In this document: positions 1 to 7,738 of the stretch, piece after piece | Position numbering within the stretch: the stretch's first letter is position 1 | Layout: each line of letters begins with the position of its first letter | NCBI GenBank assembly: GCA_963695875.1 | Contig: CAVOID010000011.1 | Span: forward strand, 224,001-288,000 | DNA length: 64,000 nt | Reading direction: 5' to 3' | DNA from: an uncultured delta proteobacterium | GTDB taxonomy: Bacteria; Desulfobacterota; Syntrophia; Syntrophales; UBA2185 | Translations under genes and position numbers: made by a program | Notes under the pieces: generated by a model | Told to the model about the DNA's origin: nothing | Databases searched by the model: none | What the model saw: the letters and a program-made list of their open reading frames with translations, nothing else

Positions 1-19
1 TAAGGCCTCCAGATGTCAA

Positions 20-543
20 TAGATAAATTTATCCATCAACGAAATTTTTTTCTTCCGCTCTTTCAAATAACGAACCATCTGGCTATTGGCAGCAATTCTG
101 ACTTTGTTTCAACATAGGCGTCGGGAGAATGATCCCGCACCATACACTTATAGAGGTTCAACTACCTATTCAATCTGCCCAGGGGAAAAGAGAGAGTCCG
201 CCGGGCATCAGGCAGCTGCAAGGCGAAATCATCACCTTGCGACCTGGAAAATATACCGTACCCTCATGCCGTCCTAATCAAATAACGGGGTATGGGAATC
301 ATCCCCAGTAAGTAGCAGGTTCGGTTGAGGAGCAGAACCTTTCCAACGAGCCAAAGAGCACGTTATGGAAAATTGTAGGAGCGGAACGGACCTCCAATCA
401 AGTCAAGGGAATATCGGGTTTATTCGTCATATCATCGAATATGCGTTCATGGACGCAAGGGTTTTCTTCTCCCTCGATGCGGACACATGCTCGTACCCAT
501 AGTTGTTCCATTAGGTGCTCGGGCTGATCCGTTCCCTCCATAA
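20..543 (-). ncRNA. Putative bridge/seek RNA in the IS downstream non-coding region (boundaries approximate)
   Basis: Located 3' of an IS1111-type transposase. Long-range stems (378-390 with 528-539; ~262-273 with ~318-330) and hairpins (218-240, 341-370, 443-456). Segment 397-404 is identical to the insertion-junction sequence 1668-1675. Confidence 0.7.
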
Positions 544-1587
544 TCATAGGCTTAACAATTTGTCTTGGTCGAAAGCCTCCTTGTTCTTGAGCATGAAATA
601 TACGGCCCGTCCCAATTTATGGGCAAGGATAGACAGGGCTTTTGCTTTGCCGTGTTTCCTGGTAAGCCTGTCTACATATTTCTTTGCCGGATCATTGCTT
701 TTGAGAAAGAAGACGGCGGCCTCGGAGAAGGCCCACTTGAGGTGAACGTTTCCTATTTTACTGCCGCCGGAGCCGCATTTTTTCCCATTGGATTCTTTGG
801 CGCATTTTACGAGGCGGCTGTATGAGGCAAAGTCCTGCACACTGGCGAAGCGGCGGATATTTTCTATTTCGTACAGCATGATCAGGGCGATGATTTTTCC
901 AACTCCCGGGATGGTCTGGAGTAAGGCATAGGAAACCGGGTCGTGGTTATTGGCCAGTTTAATGATGGATTTTTCGAGTTGCGATAAGATGCCATCATAG
1001 GTCCTGATCATTTCAATATCCACGGCAATGCTTTTCTGCACGGAAGGATGTTCAAATTGCTCGGCAATGCCGTTCCTGTTCTGATGTCTTGCGATGGGGC
1101 CAAAGGAATCAGGCAGGTTGTACTGGCTGTTGGTGTTCTGGATATGAGCGTAGAGTTCGGAGCGTTTTCTCATCAGGTGATTCCGGCGTCTCATGAGGTC
1201 ACGCGTGGCTCTCATCTTTGCTGGATATACATAGGCCATGGGGATCATGCCTCCTCTGAGGAGTGCGGCGATCTTTTGGGAGTCGATCTTGTCGTTTTTT
1301 GCTTTGCCGCCATGGATTGCCTTCATGTAGAGGGCATGTCCGAGGACAAAGGGAATGCCTTCGTTGTGGCAAAGATCGGCTACCCAGTACCAGGTGAAGA
1401 TGCATTCTACGGCAACGACGATATCCTCACGAAAGGGAGCGATGGCTTTGAGAAAGGCATCACGGTCGGTTTTCAGGTTGCGATGTTCCCTGATTTCTCC
1501 TTTTTCATCGAGGATGCAGATATACATTTTTCTTGTGTGTAGATCGATTCCGCAGTAATACTTGTGCTGATTAGTGTAAAATCTCAT
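544..1587 (-). CDS. IS110-family transposase / bridge recombinase
   Basis: DEDD RuvC-like motifs GIDLH, VAVEC and KNDKIDS; C-terminal Transposase_20-like region with TIPGVG and ESNGK. Confidence 0.95.
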   Translation of the reverse strand: MRFYTNQHKYYCGIDLHTRKMYICILDEKGEIREHRNLKTDRDAFLKAIAPFREDIVVAVECIFTWYWVADLCHNEGIPFVLGHALYMKAIHGGKAKNDKIDSQKIAALLRGGMIPMAYVYPAKMRATRDLMRRRNHLMRKRSELYAHIQNTNSQYNLPDSFGPIARHQNRNGIAEQFEHPSVQKSIAVDIEMIRTYDGILSQLEKSIIKLANNHDPVSYALLQTIPGVGKIIALIMLYEIENIRRFASVQDFASYSRLVKCAKESNGKKCGSGGSKIGNVHLKWAFSEAAVFFLKSNDPAKKYVDRLTRKHGKAKALSILAHKLGRAVYFMLKNKEAFDQDKLLSL

Positions 1588-2119
1588 GGGGCTTCCTCCT
1601 TCTTCTGGTATTATTTGGCCCTACTCAATTCCAAATATACCATGCTTTGGGGGAGGCCTTAAATAGTATCAAGTCTTTGCTCTGAGGTATCTTTCTTTTT
1701 TAATGATTACGGAAAGAAAGGGTGAAGACAAATATGCAATAATGGAATAAGGATTACAAGAAGAAACGGGTTAGAAAAGTGGTTATTTCTTCCGCTTACT
1801 AATGTTGACAGCCTTTATGTGATAAGCTGGCAAAATTCTGGGGTGACATGGAATAACATAGAATCCAGAGTCCAGATGTTTCAGGATATCTCTGATTGCG
1901 TCCTCATTTTTAATAACACTTATGAAATGCACGGTTTCCTGATACTTTAGACAGACCTACGTATTGAACTCTTAAATGTCTGATAGACTGCGGAAACAAT
2001 TTTTATTATTGCGCCTTTCCATCATCCCCTCAGCATGAGCATTAGGCTACAGATGAACTGGTGATTCCTGTCGCCGTTAGCCTATCGAACGGCTATTGAC
2101 AGAAACTGCGCATTCAGGC

Positions 2120-2602
2120 CTACCATTCATAGTCGTTCCGCATATCCAACGCGGCATCCTTGCTCAGCCTCCTTCCGTATTCCGTCAGCCTGGAGCTGAC
2201 AAGAGCTGCCAGATTCTTCATGAATACATAGCCTATATGCGGAACCTGATCGAAAAGCTTAAACAGATCCGCCCTTCTCAGGTAGATATCCTCCGTATTT
2301 TCCGCGCAGATCGCCGTTGCCGTATATTGGTAGGGTTCCACTAGGGCGGACCATCCTAAGGCTTCTCCCCCCACGGCGGTATGGATCTTTACATGTATAG
2401 TCGGGGCCTCGAAGTGCTTGACAACAATGTCCACTTTACCATTCCGGCAAAGATGCAACTCGCTCGCCGGAGTTCCCTGCAGAAAGCAGACGGCTCCTTT
2501 CTTCAGGCTTCGCTCCTGGCACAGTGGTACAATCCTGTTCAACTCGTCATCATTCAAGCCATGGAATAGATTGAATGCTTTCAACTCCTGAATTGCCGTC
2601 AT
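2120..2602 (-). CDS. Stand-alone cNMP-binding-fold protein (no HTH)
   Basis: LFHGLNDDEL, FLQGTPA and GEALGWSALVEPY motifs; 160 aa; RBS at about 2608-2613. Confidence 0.85.
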   Translation of the reverse strand: MTAIQELKAFNLFHGLNDDELNRIVPLCQERSLKKGAVCFLQGTPASELHLCRNGKVDIVVKHFEAPTIHVKIHTAVGGEALGWSALVEPYQYTATAICAENTEDIYLRRADLFKLFDQVPHIGYVFMKNLAALVSSRLTEYGRRLSKDAALDMRNDYEW

Positions 2603-2669
2603 ATTTTCCTCCTTTCCTTGGGGTGCATTAATTGGCTGCCGTTTGAAACTTTAAAGATGGAACGGCTGT

Positions 2670-3089
2670 TCAGATGACCTCCTTGTAACTCTTAATAAGC
2701 CGTGTAGCGATGACCCCTGCCAGACGCTTCATGATCGTCAGACCCTCGGCAGGATGCTTTTGAAACACGCGCATCAGGCGATCTGCGTCAATTTTTATCA
2801 CCCTGCTTTCCTTTACACATTCCGCTTTAGCCGTGTACAGATTCGGCTCTACAAGTGATGACCAACCAAATACAGAACCTGTCTTATCTACTGAAAAGGA
2901 GAGTTGTTTATCCCTCTTAACGGTAAGATCAAGATCTCCTTCTTCAAGAATATAAAGATAATCTGCAAAATCGCCTTCTCGAAACAATACATGTCCTGCC
3001 GGGTGACTTTCCTGAGTGACGAGTTCTGCAATTTCGTCAATGATATGTGAGGGAATCCCTTTGAAAAGCTCTACTTCTTGTATGAACAT
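2670..3089 (-). CDS. Stand-alone cNMP-binding-fold protein
   Basis: LFKGI, LFREGDFADYLYILEEG and VFGWSSLVEP motifs; GGAGG RBS. Confidence 0.88.
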   Translation of the reverse strand: MFIQEVELFKGIPSHIIDEIAELVTQESHPAGHVLFREGDFADYLYILEEGDLDLTVKRDKQLSFSVDKTGSVFGWSSLVEPNLYTAKAECVKESRVIKIDADRLMRVFQKHPAEGLTIMKRLAGVIATRLIKSYKEVI

Positions 3090-3127
3090 CGTAGTTACCT
3101 CCTTTATGATCTATCCTTCATCACGTC

Positions 3128-3607
3128 TCATTCAAGGGTAGACAGTCCCCTCTCACCAACCAATATGATCTGGGTGTGGGTCAGACGGGCGGCTATTACC
3201 CGCGCCGTGGCCTGCATAAAATTAAGTCCTAAAGCACCGTCTTGAATTAGTAGTTCCCTGAGTTTCTCTGCATCAAAAGCAATGGCCTTTGAATTGTCAA
3301 TGCACAGGGCCCCTAAGGTATAAGCGTAAGGTTCAACAACAGCGGACCATCCCATGGCATCGCCCTTTGTGACGATATCCACGGTCACCTGCATGGGGGG
3401 TTTAGCGGTGCCCATGTAACTCTCCATGAGCATGACAAATTTTCCCTCTTCCACGAGATAGAGTTTTTTTGCCGGATCACCTTTCTTGTAAACCTGGGCA
3501 CCTGCTTTAAACGATTCTTCAGAAGCGAAACCTGACAGTTTCTTTAAATCACCCTCATCAAAACCTTTAAAAAACGCGAATTGTTTTAAGAGATCTGCGG
3601 AAACCAT
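3128..3607 (-). CDS. Stand-alone cNMP-binding-fold protein
   Basis: FFKGF, YKKGDPAKKLYLVEEG and GDAMGWSAVVEPY motifs; GGAGG RBS. Confidence 0.88.
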   Translation of the reverse strand: MVSADLLKQFAFFKGFDEGDLKKLSGFASEESFKAGAQVYKKGDPAKKLYLVEEGKFVMLMESYMGTAKPPMQVTVDIVTKGDAMGWSAVVEPYAYTLGALCIDNSKAIAFDAEKLRELLIQDGALGLNFMQATARVIAARLTHTQIILVGERGLSTLE

Positions 3608-3714
3608 GTGTGTTACCTCCTTTCAGAAAAAGTGAGATAATTTTTTGGCTCTGTTGCTTTTTACCGGTTTCTTAATGTCGCAGAGTACGCCGTCTTAATG
3701 TAAACATAATCTGC

Positions 3715-3924
3715 TCAGGCACGTGCATGATACTTGAATGAGATATTGAGCCTTACCCTGAAGGATGTTATTTTTCCATTATCAACAGTAACATCCTGTT
3801 TTACAACCTCCGCTATTCTAAGATCTTCGAGAGTCTTGGAAGCAGTTGCCAGGGCGCTTTGGGCAGCATCTTCCCACGATGTCGGGCTGGTCCCCACGAT
3901 GTCAATAATACTGTACACTGACAT
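3715..3924 (-). CDS. Dodecin-family flavin-binding protein (69 aa)
   Basis: SVYSIIDIVGTSPTSWEDAAQSA...LRIAEV...FRVRLNISF pattern; start moved to the ATG at 3924 behind a GGAGGG RBS. Confidence 0.9.
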   Translation of the reverse strand: MSVYSIIDIVGTSPTSWEDAAQSALATASKTLEDLRIAEVVKQDVTVDNGKITSFRVRLNISFKYHARA

Positions 3925-4230
3925 AATAATCCCTCCTTTTTTCTCAATTGTTCTATTTCCTGGAAATTTATTAGAGATCACCACAAAACCGGCTTACTGA
4001 TTTCCTACTGTACTAAGGTAATAATTCTTTATCCTTTGCCTGATAAGAACTCGCTTTTTTGAAACATATTTATCTGTCCTATAAAAATATCTTATAATAT
4101 TCGCATTGTGAATATTACCAATCTAAACGCCTTATTTGCTATTATATTAACTGCCTACTTTTCATGGTTCTTGGGATAGTGTCGGCGTGTGCAATCCATG
4201 GTTTTTACTTATAAACATCAGTACAAATGA

Positions 4231-4665
4231 TCAGCTCTCCGGCCTTGTAGGTTGAGAGATAAAGGTTTGCGGATCCACCTCGTATACGCCACTGCAAATG
4301 ATCAAGTTATCTACTTTCTTAAAATACACAGTCTTAGGCAGAACTTCTTTTGTTGTCGGGTGGTGCCATTTGTATTTTACCCAGCCGCTACCTTCTTTAT
4401 TGGCAGTGTCGAGGATTTCTTTGATAAACCTCTTGCCGTCAATATCTTTGAGGTCAGCGAAGTCATGCCCCACAAACCTTTCATTAACTCCGTGTGCAAG
4501 CATAATCCCTTTGCTGTCCAATACAAAAATATACAATTCGCCTTGGACAAAATGTCCGGTTGGATTCGAATATTCAGCCAAAGCGATTTTTTTACCGGAA
4601 TTTTTATAAAAGACTACAGCCTTATCTACCCATTCCTCGGCATTTTCTTTGAATTGTTTAAGCAT
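4231..4665 (-). CDS. Stand-alone single Cache domain protein, no signal peptide
   Basis: ELYIFVLD..G.MLAHG, DIDGKRFIKE, GSGWVKYKW.HP and IICSGVY motifs. Confidence 0.88.
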   Translation of the reverse strand: MLKQFKENAEEWVDKAVVFYKNSGKKIALAEYSNPTGHFVQGELYIFVLDSKGIMLAHGVNERFVGHDFADLKDIDGKRFIKEILDTANKEGSGWVKYKWHHPTTKEVLPKTVYFKKVDNLIICSGVYEVDPQTFISQPTRPES

Positions 4666-4757
4666 ATTGCACCTCCTTTTTTATTTTAAAAGGATAAGCA
4701 AACTTGGTTACTCATTAATTACCTCTTCATTTACACTACCGACATTATCCCACAGTA

Positions 4758-4844
4758 TTATTCTATATCCGCCAGTTTCTTGATCTGTTCCTCACTGAAC
4801 CCTTTGAAAAAAGTGTATTGCCTTAAGAGATCTACCGAAACCAT
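4758..4844 (-). pseudogene. Truncated 5' copy of the cNMP-fold gene at 3128-3607
   Basis: Translates as MVSVDLLRQYTFFKGFSEEQIKKLADIE* versus MVSADLLKQFAFFKGFDEGDLKKL; the upstream GTTACCTCCTTTC leader is also shared. Confidence 0.75.
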
Positions 4845-5032
4845 GAATCGTTACCTCCTTTCTGAAAAGGTGATATACTTGTAGTACTCAGAGAGTCCAT
4901 CCTTTCCTCTATTAGCAAGCGCCGCTGGGACACTTGCCATGTTCTCTAAGCTTCAAGAGTAGCCCATGTGCTGATGACTTTATGTTTGTTTATCTTACCG
5001 TCCTTTCCTGCCTATATTCGGAGAACCCACTA

Positions 5033-5455
5033 TTAAACACAGCTGAACTTTAAGGGGTGAACAACATGCTTATAGACGCCGCTGCAGATAATTAGGTCAT
5101 CGACCTTCTCAAAATACACAGTTTTTGGTAGCACCTCTTTGGTTACCGGGTTGGACCATTTATATTCCACCCACCCACTACCTTTAGTGTTGGCGGTGTC
5201 GAGCATCTCTTTGATAAAACTCTTTCCATCAGAATCCTTGAGGTTACTGAAATCCTCTCCTACAAATCTTTCATTGACGCCGTGTGCAAGCATGGTCCCC
5301 TTGGGATTCAACACAAAAAGATACAGCTCGTCTTGGACAAACCGTCCATTAGGATTTGTGTATTCTGCCAAAGCGATTCTTTTACCGGAAGCTCGGTAAA
5401 AAGCTATGGCATCTTTCACCCAGCGCTTTGCATCTTCTTTATCTTGTTTACCCAT
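5033..5455 (-). CDS. Stand-alone single Cache domain protein, paralog of 4231-4665
   Basis: Same Cache motifs and long near-identical stretches (SGK.IALAEY.NP, HGVNERFVG, KEVLPKTVYF). Confidence 0.88.
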   Translation of the reverse strand: MGKQDKEDAKRWVKDAIAFYRASGKRIALAEYTNPNGRFVQDELYLFVLNPKGTMLAHGVNERFVGEDFSNLKDSDGKSFIKEMLDTANTKGSGWVEYKWSNPVTKEVLPKTVYFEKVDDLIICSGVYKHVVHPLKFSCV

Positions 5456-5998
5456 ATTGCACCCCTTTATAAATGGATTGCTTATGGACTCCTGACCAGC
5501 CTCTCTATAGTTTTATACCTTATTTTAAAGTTTATGCTTGTTAAGTGCTTCAAGCATGAACTCGATGTCATATTTTTCAGCGTCTACGATTAAGATATCC
5601 GGTGCATCTTCAATCATATATGCTTTCTTTTGAATGATTCTCCCCTTATAGTTTAATATAGAATCTACTGCCAAGTGTCGTCCATCAGGCATAATCTTAT
5701 TTCAGCGGTCTAAATGCCTTAGTCAATAGAAGTTAGAGGATAGACTGAGAGTTCTGACAAGATACCTATGAAAATCCTATACGAATAATCGTGGGTATAA
5801 ACTGACGGTGTGACTTTTGTTTATTTTCACATGAAATGTTGTATGGATGGGCGGATTTATAAAAACAAGATTTCAGGAAGGAAGAGATAACTTTTTTGAA
5901 ACGTCTTTACTTAGAATGAATAATAAAACTGGGCTCCGGCGGATACCTTTTTGATTCTTTTTCCCCAGATTACCATCTTTCTTCCAACTTTTATGAAA

Positions 5999-6144
5999 TG
6001 ATGGACTTGTAAAAAGTCAAAAAAGACGTCATTGCGAAGGGAGTGAAACAATCTTATGACACATGACTATACGTATTTATTAGATTGCCGCGTCGCTTCG
6101 CACCTCACAATGACTGGCTGAATATCTTTTTTACAAAGTCGTCA
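5999..6144. repeat. MITE-like element with imperfect terminal inverted repeats and an internal palindrome
   Basis: TGATGGACTTGTAAAAAG at the left and TTTTTACAAAGTCGTCA at the right; internal GTCATTGCGA...TCACAATGAC arms; a related half-copy lies at 34450-34499. Confidence 0.6.
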
Positions 6145-6245
6145 ACTTTTGTTCTTTTTGAAAAGTGTTTTTTGGTTTCCCTGTTTCTGGAGCATCCTAA
6201 GGGCATTGTGCTGGAAGAACAGGAGGAAGAGAATTTCTTACACGC

Positions 6246-6725
6246 TCAGTCGGCCTTCCCTTTTTCCCTGCCTTCCCGCTTCTGCGGCGACTCCGGGAAG
6301 AGATCAAAGATCGACTTGAAGGGACTGATGGTCGGAATCGATCTCTTCGCCTGATCGACAAGGCTTGTACTGAGGTCAAGCCACTTTTTGAACTGTTCGT
6401 CTACCGACGACTTATGGGCCAGATAATTCCGGATGATCTGCTGCAGGTATTTCTCAAAAAATTCGCTGAGAACCGTCTCTCCGAACTGGATCATCAGGTG
6501 GAGCAGGGGAACGGGCAAAAGGAAGTTTTTCTTCTTTGCCTCTTCCAGGATAATCTGGGTCAGGATGAACGCCGTCACATCCTCCCTGGTCTTTGCATCG
6601 ATGACTTCGACCTGCCGGCCCTGCTTGATCATAGCAGAAACCTGGCTCAAGGTTACATAGGTGTTGTTTTCCGTATCGTACAACCGCCTGTTATTATATT
6701 TCTTGATGATCAGTACATCGCGCAT
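6246..6725 (-). CDS. phaR: Polyhydroxyalkanoate synthesis repressor
   Basis: IIKKYNNRRLYDTE..TYVTL, VIDAKTREDVT.FILTQII and LPVPLLHLMI motifs; divergent from the PHA genes; likely start 6725. Confidence 0.9.
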   Translation of the reverse strand: MRDVLIIKKYNNRRLYDTENNTYVTLSQVSAMIKQGRQVEVIDAKTREDVTAFILTQIILEEAKKKNFLLPVPLLHLMIQFGETVLSEFFEKYLQQIIRNYLAHKSSVDEQFKKWLDLSTSLVDQAKRSIPTISPFKSIFDLFPESPQKREGREKGKAD

Positions 6726-6762
6726 ATCCCGTCCCCTTAATTCACCTTGATAGCCCAAATTA

Positions 6763-6777
6763 TGTTACAAAGCAACA
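6763..6777. promoter_or_regulatory. Candidate PhaR operator 1 (TGTTACAAAGCAACA)
   Basis: Near-palindrome TGYTRC-N3-GCAACA just upstream of phaR; a second copy is at 6884. Confidence 0.55.
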
Positions 6778-6883
6778 AAAAATATTCTCCCCAGTACGTT
6801 GCGGAGTCATTGATAAAATTCAATTAATATTAATATATTACAATATTGCCACTTTTCATCATATCAAACGATCAAAAAATTAT

Positions 6884-6933
6884 TGCTGCAATGCAACATT
6901 TTTCTTGACAAGCGAAAAATCAACGTGTATTTT
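6884..6933 (+). promoter_or_regulatory. Candidate PhaR operator 2 (TGCTGCAATGCAACA) next to a sigma70 promoter
   Basis: Box at 6884-6898; TTGACA at 6905-6910, 17-bp spacer, TATTTT at 6928-6933. Confidence 0.6.
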
Positions 6934-6983
6934 AGATAAAAAGATTTACAATGCATAAAAAATTTAAGCAGGAGGCTATTAGC

Positions 6984-7265
6984 ATGGATCCCAAGAGAAT
7001 TGCAAAGCAAACATTTGATTTTTACAAGTCTACATTTAACAACACTTTCAATGCCATGACAATGCTACAGGAACAGACCCAAAAAGTGATGGACATGTAC
7101 CTGGAGCAGATATCCGGATTCCCGGAAGAGGGGAAAAAAGCGATCAGTGAGTGGATTAATGCCTACAAAAAAGGCAGCCAGGACTTCAAAAAAGCAGTTG
7201 ACGAAAGCTTCAAGAAGGTTGAGGACTTTTTCTCCGAGGCCGGCAAACCAGCAAAAAAAGAATAA
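6984..7265 (+). CDS. Phasin-like small helical protein
   Basis: Amphipathic helical 93-aa protein, first gene after the candidate PhaR operator; GGAGG RBS before ATG 6984. Confidence 0.65.
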   Translation: MDPKRIAKQTFDFYKSTFNNTFNAMTMLQEQTQKVMDMYLEQISGFPEEGKKAISEWINAYKKGSQDFKKAVDESFKKVEDFFSEAGKPAKKE

Positions 7266-7299
7266 ATAAAATTCAAAAAGGTGTAAGGAGGGTTCGATT

Positions 7300-7569
7300 A
7301 TGATGATGCAACCAAAACAGATGCTGAAACAGATGATTGATTTTAACAAAGCCGCCTTTGACAATGCTTTCAATAATATGGCAATGCTCCAGGGGCAGAT
7401 GGAAAGTATCATCAATACCTTTGTTGATCAGTCAACGGGAACGACGGAGGAAGGGAAAAAGGCTACCAAAGAATGGGCTGCGATTTATAAAAAAGGATTT
7501 GAAGACTTCAAGCGGTCCGTTGACGATAATTTTAAAAAAGTTGATTCTTTTTTCCTGCAGGGCAAATAA
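7300..7569 (+). CDS. Phasin-like protein, paralog of the previous gene
   Basis: Shared KQ..DF.K..F.N.FN.M.MLQ and EEGKKA..EW...YKKG..DFK..VD..FKKV..FF motifs. Confidence 0.65.
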   Translation: MMMQPKQMLKQMIDFNKAAFDNAFNNMAMLQGQMESIINTFVDQSTGTTEEGKKATKEWAAIYKKGFEDFKRSVDDNFKKVDSFFLQGK

Positions 7570-7639
7570 GCGAAGCGTTCCGCCCCAGGGGTTATGACAT
7601 TGCACGCCATCGCACCGCTTATCAAGCGGGACTTGGCGA

Positions 7640-7707
7640 TGAATCCGGTGGCGAGCGTAAACACCTTCGCTTGCTGCGGGGTAAGCGAGCGAAGCGGAGA
7701 ACTTCAA
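7640..7707. repeat. Dispersed palindromic repeat, copy 1 (TGAATCCGG...TTCAA family)
   Basis: Shares TGAATCCGG..GCGAGCG and GCTT.CTGCGG.GTAAGCGAGCGAA with 45290-45438. Confidence 0.7.
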
Positions 7708-7738
7708 TTATTTCATAGATAAATATATAGATAAATAT

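Larger units (their letters stand above)
1..1671 (-). mobile_element. IS110-family insertion sequence, IS1111-type (last few bases of the right end are off the window)
   Basis: Sub-terminal inverted repeat TAAGGCCTCC at 1-10 and GGAGGCCTTA at 1652-1661. Short leader before the transposase and long non-coding region after it. Outward-facing TTGACA at 14-19 (minus). Confidence 0.9.

Noticed and set aside
86..311. Short + strand ORFs in the IS non-coding region
   Set aside because: No RBS or recognisable motifs; antisense to the predicted guide RNA
1672..1760. Complete attC site at the IS insertion point
   Set aside because: Only an attC-like start is implied; no complementary arm or GTTRRRY end follows
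7715..7738. 12-bp direct repeat ATAGATAAATAT x2
   Set aside because: Two low-complexity copies only; not a CRISPR array or a supported operator
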